Assembly (NCBI GenBank): GCA_036339735.1
Contig: JAYZAL010000008.1
Span: 1-18,759 of the forward strand
Source of the DNA: Candidatus Poribacteria bacterium
GTDB taxonomy: Bacteria > Poribacteria > WGA-4E > UBA9662
Length of the DNA stretch: 18,759 bases
Direction: 5' to 3'
This document shows, piece after piece, positions 8,354 to 16,072 of this stretch. How positions within the stretch are numbered: position 1 is the stretch's first letter; each line of letters starts with the position of its first letter. The position numbers were made by a program, and so were the translations under genes. The notes below the pieces were generated by a model. That model was not told the DNA's origin, did not search any database, and saw only the letters and a program-made list of their open reading frames with translations.

Positions 8354-9118
8354 ATGACTAATAAATCTCAGAATACTGGTTTAACAGAAGACCAGAAAAA
8401 ATTTTACCAAGAAAATGGGTATATTATTTTAAGCTGTGTGTTTAGTACCACTGAGTGCCAAGATTTTGTTGGACACATGGAAGATTTAGAAAATGGAAAA
8501 AAAGATCTGGAACACTTTGGTCAACAGAGTACTTATGGTTTCCGGACCTTCAATCAACATTTATATGATCCATGGGCCTTAAATTTTCTAATTCATCCAC
8601 GATTAGCCAAGCCATTAGCCGATTGTATGGGAGATGAAGCAGAAGCCATTCAAACAATGCACTTCTATCAGGGATCTGAACATCCGCGTCATCAAGACCA
8701 ATATTATCTACCGGACTGCATGTCGGCTTGGATTGCCATGGTTGACGTAACTGATAAGAATGGTCCGTTATGTGTCCAACCAGGATCACATCGAGGGAGA
8801 CTGATCACCAAAAGAGATGTGTCAATGGAATTCTCCTCAGGTGAAACCTATGAAGATCAACAAGCAAATCGATATTTCCCAGCGGTTGAGAAAGTTTTTA
8901 TGGAAAATGGCGTAAAGGAGATAGAATTACAAGCCAATCAAGGTGATGTGGTTCTATTCAATGGCCGTCTGATACATGGTGGAGCCAAAGTTAAGGAGCC
9001 GGGTAGTCCTAGGCACGCACTAGCCTGTCATTATATCCCTTATCATTCTGAGAATTGGGATCGAGATTGGCCACGTATTGGTTTCAACGGTACCCGCAGA
9101 ATTCACTTTCAAAATTAG
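8354..9118 (+). CDS. PhyH-family Fe(II)/2OG dioxygenase
   Basis: LTEDQKKFYQENGY, HPRHQD, SAWIAMVDVTDKNGPLCVQPGSH, GDVVLFNGRLIHGG, RHALACHY. RBS GGAGGAG at 8340-8346. Confidence 0.92.
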   Translation: MTNKSQNTGLTEDQKKFYQENGYIILSCVFSTTECQDFVGHMEDLENGKKDLEHFGQQSTYGFRTFNQHLYDPWALNFLIHPRLAKPLADCMGDEAEAIQTMHFYQGSEHPRHQDQYYLPDCMSAWIAMVDVTDKNGPLCVQPGSHRGRLITKRDVSMEFSSGETYEDQQANRYFPAVEKVFMENGVKEIELQANQGDVVLFNGRLIHGGAKVKEPGSPRHALACHYIPYHSENWDRDWPRIGFNGTRRIHFQN

Positions 9119-9620
9119 AACAGCCATTTTCTGGTTGGACTGCTATATCCTATAACTCTAATTAAGTTGGATACAAAAGTGAAAGGGTAATTTAAATTAG
9201 CAGATAAGACTTAATCCAAAATTCGTTAAGTGTGATATATGGATAGACTACTTTCACTAAGTCCTATTGGATTGAAATATAATTTGGAAATAGAAGGGGT
9301 AGTGGAAAATACTGCCCAAAATATACCCGACTAAATGATAGATCAAGAAATTATATATTTAGTGATCAAAGTAATGTGGGTAATCAGACACTCTCCCTGA
9401 AGGTCTCGCCAAAGACCAATTGTTCACACGGACAGGTACTATCTAATCTAGATGGTACTCTTTTCGGTTTTTCTATCCATTTTAATCCTTCCATCTTTTT
9501 TATTTCAGTAAATCTTAATTATTGGCTCTTGGATAATTGGTTGTTTTTAGTATAGTATGAGGTTCAATCAGAGTAATCGAATGCAAAAATCTAGTTGAAT
9601 ACTATTGAATTTTTTACCAG

Positions 9621-9671
9621 CTATGTGTAGAGATGAAACCTCTTAATGTTAACCTTCATCTCTACACATAG
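9621..9671. repeat. Perfect 17-bp inverted repeat with a 17-nt spacer
   Basis: CTATGTGTAGAGATGAA (9621-9637) and TTCATCTCTACACATAG (9655-9671). Confidence 0.9.
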
Positions 9672-9763
9672 GATTTAGATTAACAAATTAAAAACGAAAA
9701 TGTTTTCTCAATATTACCGATAATTTCTAACCCCAAACTATATCCACGAACCAAGGAGCTACA

Positions 9764-10600
9764 GTGTTGAATAATCACCAACTTTCAACTGAGCAAATCC
9801 AGTCTTTTCTGGACGATGGTTATCTAATAGTCCCTGATCTTTTTGATCAAGAAGAGACTAATCTCCTATTAGATGCCGCCCAAGCAGATCCCATGATGAA
9901 GGATCATATATTGGACGTCGATGACCGATCAGGAAGGAATAGTCAGATCACCGTCTGGAATCATCCAGGTAACGATATCTGGGGTATGGTTAGTCGTTCA
10001 CATCGATTGGTGGATGCAATGGAATCAATGTTGGGAGGAGAAGTCTACCATTATCATTCCAAGCTTCTACATAAAAAACCGGAAATTGGAGGGGCTTGGG
10101 AGTGGCATCAGGATTACGGGTACTGGTATAAGAATGGGTGTCTCTATCCTTATTTGGCGAGCTGTTGGATTGCTCTCAATCGGGCTGATAAAAGCAACGG
10201 ATGTATGCAAGTGATCAAGGGGTCTCATCACGCCGGTCGAATTGAACACCATATTGATTCCGGTCAAAACTACGCAGATCCTGAACGAGTAGAACAACTG
10301 ATCAATCGACTGGAGATTGTTTTCTGTGAATTAGACCCAGGATCGGCTTTGTTTTTCCACTGCAATGTTCTACATCGATCCGATGCCAATACCAGTAATC
10401 GAAACCGATGGAACCTGATTTGTTGTTACAATGCAGCCCGAAACAACCCTTACAAGGCATTTCCACATCCGCAATATACGCCTCTCGAAAAGGTTTCCGA
10501 TACCGCCATCAAGGAAATTGGACTAAAGTTAAGTGTGTCATCTGATTCATTTTACAAACCAGACCAAGGTGTTATTAGACGAGGGCACACGGCCGATTAG
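9764..10600 (+). CDS. PhyH-family Fe(II)/2OG dioxygenase (ectoine hydroxylase / L-proline 4-hydroxylase-like branch)
   Basis: FLDDGYL, LGGEVYHYHSKL..K.P..GGAWEWHQDYGYWY.NGCL, NGCMQVIKGSH, FFHCNVLHRSDAN, RWNLICCYN. GTG start with RBS AAGGAG at 9753-9758. Confidence 0.92.
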   Translation: MLNNHQLSTEQIQSFLDDGYLIVPDLFDQEETNLLLDAAQADPMMKDHILDVDDRSGRNSQITVWNHPGNDIWGMVSRSHRLVDAMESMLGGEVYHYHSKLLHKKPEIGGAWEWHQDYGYWYKNGCLYPYLASCWIALNRADKSNGCMQVIKGSHHAGRIEHHIDSGQNYADPERVEQLINRLEIVFCELDPGSALFFHCNVLHRSDANTSNRNRWNLICCYNAARNNPYKAFPHPQYTPLEKVSDTAIKEIGLKLSVSSDSFYKPDQGVIRRGHTAD

Positions 10601-10633
10601 CGTAGGTGAAACAGCCACCGGTTAGCTGAACTC

Positions 10634-10661
10634 TTGACAGCATAGATAAGTCTGATAATAT
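10634..10661 (+). promoter_or_regulatory. Putative sigma70 promoter
   Basis: TTGACA (10634-10639), 16-nt spacer, TAATAT (10656-10661). Confidence 0.35.
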
Positions 10662-10934
10662 GAAGAAGGCATTTTATTGATGTCAAACAACTATAAGGTC
10701 TAAGTAGAAAAAGAAATCGTGCCCGATAATTCTTGAACTACTTGCGGGTTCAATTAGATGGGGCGCATACCGACAAATATGAATATAATTGTGGGTACAG
10801 AACTAACAAACACAAAAAGCTAAGTTGGTCTTTAAGGTATTAAGTCAGAAAGTGATATTAGAAAATTTAAGGTCTACTTATTCAATCGAGAAACTTTAGA
10901 AATTACCGAAAATCGTAATACGGGAAAAAATACA

Positions 10935-11804
10935 ATGAATCAGCATAATTTTACGATTCCTAATTTCTGTAAAAATGGATTTGCTGTTGTTGAAGATGGA
11001 TTGTCTAAGACAGAGGTTGACCAACTCCGGAAAGAAACCACTAAAATCTGCCGAGGGGAACTTGGACAGGTCGCAGGTCTTCCTCCCTCTGCACCAGAAG
11101 AAAATAGCTATGAAGTTCTAGAACGAGTATTATGTGTACATTTTCCCTACAAAATTTCGCAGATCATGTTCGACGTATTATCTCACCCTATCATCGTAGA
11201 TAATCTAACAAAAATCATTGGACCAAACGTCAAATGTATGCAACAAATGCTTTTCATTAAATCGTCAGGAATGCCAGGACAAGCCTGGCACCAGGACGAA
11301 TCATTTGTACCGACGCGGGACCGATCACTCAATGCTGCTTGGATCGCCTTAGACGATGCAACTGTTGAAAATGGTTGCCTGTGGTTCATGCCCAACTCTC
11401 ACCAGTCTGGTATTATCTACCCAAATCGAGAGCAAAGCGACGAACGTTTCGATTGTGTAGAGGAAGCCTATGGGTATCCATTCACTGAGAAAGAGGCCGT
11501 TCCAGTTGAAGTTGAGGCCGGATCTATTATCTTCTTTAATGGCTACACATTGCATCGATCTCTACCTAATGCAAACAAAAAAGTTTACCGAAGGTCTCTA
11601 GTGAATCATTATATGAGCGCTGAGTCCTTATTACCTTGGCGAAGGTCAGAAAATCCAATACCAGTTGCCCGATATGATCACCGTGATATTGTAATGATTG
11701 CAGGTGAGGATCCCTATGCATACAAAGGAATAGAAAAAATATCCTTTTCACATATTCGTCCTCAAAGGCAGGGCGGATGTCAATGGCCGAGCCAAACAGA
11801 GTAA
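10935..11804 (+). CDS. PhyH-family Fe(II)/2OG dioxygenase
   Basis: IIGPNVKCMQQMLFIK..G.PGQAWHQDE, AAWIALDDATVENGCLW..PNSH, GSIIFFNGYTLHRS, RRSLVNHY. Confidence 0.92.
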   Translation: MNQHNFTIPNFCKNGFAVVEDGLSKTEVDQLRKETTKICRGELGQVAGLPPSAPEENSYEVLERVLCVHFPYKISQIMFDVLSHPIIVDNLTKIIGPNVKCMQQMLFIKSSGMPGQAWHQDESFVPTRDRSLNAAWIALDDATVENGCLWFMPNSHQSGIIYPNREQSDERFDCVEEAYGYPFTEKEAVPVEVEAGSIIFFNGYTLHRSLPNANKKVYRRSLVNHYMSAESLLPWRRSENPIPVARYDHRDIVMIAGEDPYAYKGIEKISFSHIRPQRQGGCQWPSQTE

Positions 11805-11906
11805 GTTATTGAAAATAATTGTATGAAGTCTTTCTATCCTGAAAACTATCAATCAACGATCTGATTCGATCCTGCGTTCTATCTTCTCGCTGATTCTGCC
11901 CTTGAT

Positions 11907-11954
11907 ACTAGATTGGGTTTATTGTCTAAAAATTACCAATAAACCCAATCTAGT
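11907..11954. repeat. Perfect 18-bp inverted repeat overlapping the 3' end of the membrane-protein gene
   Basis: ACTAGATTGGGTTTATTG (11907-11924) and CAATAAACCCAATCTAGT (11937-11954). The 12-nt loop contains the TAA stop (11933-11935, minus strand). Confidence 0.9.
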
Positions 11955-13822
11955 GTCTGTTGGTTAAAAATAATAGCGTATGTTTTCCATAATAGTATGC
12001 AGGTAGCATCACCGATGGTAATACCTAGAAAGATTGGTATAGCATTACGTAACCCTTTTAGGCCGCTGAATTTGATGAGTGTCCATCGAATGAGCCAAGC
12101 TATAAAAATTGGGAACCAAAGGTGACGGAGCATCCAATCTTGGCCAATGATATAACCCAGTGGATGGAAACTCCACCAAATATATCGACGACTTAAAATA
12201 GCTAAAGCGAAAACGATACCGCCCCCTAGACTGAAGTAACTAAGGTAGACCAAATCAGGACGGGTTGTTTTATTTTGGATCTGGTTGACCAGACTGGAGA
12301 ATGTTTCTTCGCCTGCCCAAGTCTTATTGGTCAATCGGTAGGCACGTTCCAGATTTCCCACAAAACCAATTACAGTTCCTAATATCAGCGCAGCTACGAT
12401 TCCTACCACGACTATTCTAATTTGTCGAGAATGAAGTCGATGTTGCAGATAGAATCCCTCCATGATTTGTGGCATCGGGCTGCCACGCTGGCCAAAATCG
12501 ACAAACATAAATAGTGAAAATTGAGTTAGTGTGCGATTATCTATGTATCGAGTACTAATCACTCTGGATAGGAAACCTGAAACAGTAAACGGTATTTCAT
12601 GCGTCGGAGGGCCGACCTGTGCTCTAAGGCGTGTTGTCACAACCGTTAAGCCAAAAAAACCAGCTAAGAACAAAATTGCAAACAATAAGCTCATTCCGGC
12701 ATAAACCAAGAAAACGATAGCGATACTAGTACTAATCAAAAACCCCCAAACAGCTAAAAAGTAGGGTGTATCGTCGACTGATCTCAGTTTAGATGAGGTG
12801 AAAACTACCTTGAAGACCCCAATCAAATGCCGTCTTGCCCAATACAAAAACATGATACCGAATATTGCCATTCCACCTAGTCCTTGGATCCAATATCCCG
12901 GAAAATAAGGTAATTGATGAAGACCTGATGCCTGTCCCGTTACGTTTATCAATTTCCAAAACCAATAAAAAAACCAGATAGAAAACGAGAGTTTAGTTGG
13001 AATGAAAAAAGCTAATCCAGTTACAAAAGGTAGTATTTCGATATAGGCGACCTCAATCGCACTCCACGGTGGTTCAGGGAATAACTCTGCTAGGTTATAT
13101 TTACCATAGGTCAGTCCTGGGACAACCGGGACTAGGTGGTGAATTCCGTTGTTTAAGCTCAATAATGAGGTTACCAAAAACCCAAACCAAAATTTCTTGT
13201 TTTGATAAATTGATCGGCGAGGAGACAGTAATTGCAGAGGGATTTGGGCAATTGGAAAAGTCAACAATTCGTTGTTTATCCACTGTCTACGCAGCAGCAG
13301 GCTAAGAAAAATCATACTAAAGTAGAGCAGGATAGTGAATAAAGACCAAAGCAAGATAGGTTGGACCCAAGCTGGCCAAATGTGTGGGGAAAAAAAACTC
13401 TCATCGTAGTAAATCAATCCTTCAGCCACTAGAGGGTCGAGAATAACGAGACGCGTAGGGAGATAGTGAAAAAAAATCGATTTCCAATCATTTTCTGGAG
13501 AAGCGAAATGAACAGGATAGGCTACAATCTGAGTGAGAATCTCAAGGGTATCATGTCCAGCGGCGGCGGTAGCCGAAGTCAACATGATATAAACCAACAT
13601 TAGTTCGGATGGACGAAGAATTGCGCTCGTTTTCACTTTTAATAACAGTACATTTAATAAACCCAGTATAAAAGTGATGACAATAGCATTGATAAATAAT
13701 GAAGCTAGAGTGAAACCATTCCAAGTACTGGTAACCCAATATTGTGTAGATACCACCAAAAATGTGCCAACCAATAGAGTACCTGATCGAATTGAATTAG
13801 ACTGACTAGATATTCGAAGCAA
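11933..13822 (-). CDS. Large polytopic membrane protein, DUF6785/DUF6784-like (putative transporter)
   Basis: 629 aa with many hydrophobic segments. Family-like motifs SELMLVYIM, SPENDW, W..W..P...W, LRRQW...ELLTFPI, SIWFFY, WWSFHPLGY, FIAWLI, PIFLGITIGD. TTG start is uncertain; an in-frame TGA lies four codons upstream. Confidence 0.75.
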   Translation of the reverse strand: MLRISSQSNSIRSGTLLVGTFLVVSTQYWVTSTWNGFTLASLFINAIVITFILGLLNVLLLKVKTSAILRPSELMLVYIMLTSATAAAGHDTLEILTQIVAYPVHFASPENDWKSIFFHYLPTRLVILDPLVAEGLIYYDESFFSPHIWPAWVQPILLWSLFTILLYFSMIFLSLLLRRQWINNELLTFPIAQIPLQLLSPRRSIYQNKKFWFGFLVTSLLSLNNGIHHLVPVVPGLTYGKYNLAELFPEPPWSAIEVAYIEILPFVTGLAFFIPTKLSFSIWFFYWFWKLINVTGQASGLHQLPYFPGYWIQGLGGMAIFGIMFLYWARRHLIGVFKVVFTSSKLRSVDDTPYFLAVWGFLISTSIAIVFLVYAGMSLLFAILFLAGFFGLTVVTTRLRAQVGPPTHEIPFTVSGFLSRVISTRYIDNRTLTQFSLFMFVDFGQRGSPMPQIMEGFYLQHRLHSRQIRIVVVGIVAALILGTVIGFVGNLERAYRLTNKTWAGEETFSSLVNQIQNKTTRPDLVYLSYFSLGGGIVFALAILSRRYIWWSFHPLGYIIGQDWMLRHLWFPIFIAWLIRWTLIKFSGLKGLRNAIPIFLGITIGDATCILLWKTYAIIFNQQTLDWVYW

Positions 13823-13877
13823 AAACTTTTCTCAATATTTAGGTTACGCTGATTATGTATTAAGATATGGGAAAATC

Positions 13878-13897
13878 GTTTTCTCAGATGAGAAAAC
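13878..13897. promoter_or_regulatory. Palindromic operator-like site in a divergent promoter region
   Basis: GTTTTCTCA-GA-TGAGAAAAC, a perfect 9-2-9 dyad between the divergent membrane-protein and PhyH genes. Confidence 0.45.
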
Positions 13898-14077
13898 AGT
13901 GAACAATATACTTACCATTTCAACTTTTGTGTCTACGCAGAGTTATAATTCTAAAACATCCCTATAGGTGAATCGGAAAAAATTGGTAGACAAAAAGCTA
14001 TTTTTAATTTATTTTCTAGATAAGAATTCTGCTAAGAACAACATAGTATCAAAAAAAAACAGGAATAGGTTGATAAT

Positions 14078-15034
14078 ATGCTAGATAAAGAACAAATTAA
14101 TCGTTTCCATCGGGACGGTTTTTTGGTCATTCCTCAATTATTTTCAGGTAAAGAACTCGAATTGTTGCAACAAGCAGCTCAACATGTTCAGCACGAAGGT
14201 ACAGCTAGATTAGGAGCGGGACACTTGTATCATACACACGAAGATGGGACACAGACCTATTTCCGTAGTGAGCGTATGTGGGATCGAGACCCCATCTTTC
14301 GAGCAGTAACAGTCAATCCCGATTTGCTATCTGCGGTAGGCCAGTGTATCGGTCACTCCTTTTTTCCCTTCAATAATGCCCTTGTTTGTAAGCTACCAGG
14401 AGGAAATGTACCTGTGTTTTGGCACCAAGACCCTCCTTACTGGACCGAGCCAACCTTAACGCCAAAATTTACATCCATATGGGAATTAGAATCAACATTC
14501 GAAATTCCGAACTTTGTAGCTGATATCTACTTAGACCGTTCTACTATCGATAACGGCTGCGTTTGGGGTCTACCAGAACACCATCTGGTTGGTCATGTGG
14601 AGTTAAATCGTCTAAATGAAGATCAGCTATTTGAGAATCATAATACTGTGGCCTTAGAGATGGAGCCTGGGGATGTATTATTTCATGCCCTTTCCGCTCC
14701 ACACGGTTCGCGCGGTAATTTGACAGACACAACGAGACGAGTGGTATATCTACAATATGTGAATATTGAGGTTTTTTCCCATGGTTATTCAGACTGGACG
14801 TTTCATGGTCAACGCACCTTAGGAGTTAATGGGCAAAAATTAATTCAGGAAATGATGGATAGTCGTCGTGATCTTGGTTTTTCAGGTGTGGAAGGTTATC
14901 CACTTCGTCAAGTCGATAATCATTGGGAGTTTTTGGGAAATCCTTCCACACCTGACAGGCATTGGAAAGGTTTGATTAAACAGATGTCAGACCAAGAAAT
15001 CAAACAAAAAAAACGGTTGCAGTCTTTGATTTAA
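14078..15034 (+). CDS. PhyH-family Fe(II)/2OG dioxygenase
   Basis: EQINRFHRDGFLV, CKLPGG.VPVFWHQDPPY, DIYLDRSTIDNGCVWGLP.HH, PGDVLFHALSAPHGS.GN, RRVVY. Confidence 0.92.
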   Translation: MLDKEQINRFHRDGFLVIPQLFSGKELELLQQAAQHVQHEGTARLGAGHLYHTHEDGTQTYFRSERMWDRDPIFRAVTVNPDLLSAVGQCIGHSFFPFNNALVCKLPGGNVPVFWHQDPPYWTEPTLTPKFTSIWELESTFEIPNFVADIYLDRSTIDNGCVWGLPEHHLVGHVELNRLNEDQLFENHNTVALEMEPGDVLFHALSAPHGSRGNLTDTTRRVVYLQYVNIEVFSHGYSDWTFHGQRTLGVNGQKLIQEMMDSRRDLGFSGVEGYPLRQVDNHWEFLGNPSTPDRHWKGLIKQMSDQEIKQKKRLQSLI

Positions 15035-15065
15035 CCAACCTCACAAAGACTGTTGCAAAGTAAGA

Positions 15066-15124
15066 TGGAAGGATGAAAAAAATTACGTCTTACGTTAATA
15101 CATTGTTCTTTTTTTATCTTTCCA
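15066..15124 (+). repeat. Imperfect inverted repeat (16-bp stem with two G-U pairs) downstream of the PhyH gene
   Basis: TGGAAGGATGAAAAAA and TTTTTTTATCTTTCCA. Both DNA mismatches are G-U pairs on the + strand transcript. Confidence 0.5.
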
Positions 15125-15216
15125 GAATTAACCATCCAATTTTTTGTAATCACAGATGGGCTTCAGGATTTGACGGAATATAGTAGAAATTTGGGTTATG
15201 GTAAAGAGCAAATAAT

Positions 15217-15970
15217 ATGGCGATCAAACAAACCTTAGCTGAATTAGGCGTAGACGATCAAACACTCAGTACCAAAGAGCAACTCGACCAAGACGGATTT
15301 TTTGTCGTTAAGTCTGTATTGAGCAGGAAGTCATATACCAACATGTGTGACGAGTTTGATCAAATTCACCAAGTTGAAGGCAAACAATCAGGTTGGGAGG
15401 TACATAAGGAAGACGAGGCAATAAGACTATCGAACGTGCTCAACAAAACGACCAAATCTGGTGATTGTCTCTATAGCAAATCCTTGCTAGTTGCCGCTTA
15501 CCATCTGCTAAAACCAGACTTCAAAGTCTACGATTTGGCTTCTCCTAGTCACGATCATCAAAGGTTTTACAACGATTATGGTCCCGCTATTCCCATCGGC
15601 AACAACTGTGTTCTTAATTCCTTGATTTTGCTGGACCCGTTTACTGAAGATAACGGAGCAACCTGAATTGCGCCCGGCTCTCACCTCTTAGGCTTACAAC
15701 CGGAAGGTGTGATGGGCAATACACTAGATCCTCATTCGAACGAAATTCGCTTGACGGCACCAGCAGGTAGCACAGTTATCCTGAATGCTCACACTAGGCG
15801 CGGTGGTACGCTTAACGTCAGCGGTGAACAGCGACTTAGGACACACCTTACCAGTGTTTACGCTGAGAGCCAAAGCAACTGGTATAACAGATTTTCTGAC
15901 GCCAACACTGTATAACAGAATGCCATCTGCTCACCGCTATCTATTAGATATAAAACTACCTAAACCGTAG
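15217..15970 (+). pseudogene. PhyH-family dioxygenase pseudogene
   Basis: ORFs 15217-15666 and 15709-15915 are in one frame joined across TGA 15664-15666 (DPFTEDNGAT*IAPGSH; Arg CGA expected). A later frameshift leads to the likely tail ...LYNRMPSAHRYLLDI (to 15970). Iron ligands are lost: FYND in place of LHxD and NAHTRRGGT in place of WHGGT. Confidence 0.85.
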
Positions 15971-16072
15971 GTTGAAAAAAGAAGTATAAAAAAACTTTGA
16001 GAGAAAATAGCATTATTTAAAATAATCGCCCCTAATTTATAACTCTTCACAATTAGCAAATATTAAGTGTTG

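Noticed and set aside
9120-9500. Possible eroded gene (minus-strand GGAAGGA...ATG near 9480, or plus-strand ...IVHTD...) and a 13-mer AAGATGGAAGGAT shared with 15062-15074
   Set aside because: Frames are stop-ridden with no identifiable family. One 13-mer match in AT/purine-rich spacers is within chance.
9703-9715. TTTTCTCAATATT also at 13827-13839, with a partial reverse copy at 1719-1728, as a shared regulator motif
   Set aside because: Very AT-rich, with inconsistent orientation and distance to the start codons. Expected by chance at about this frequency.
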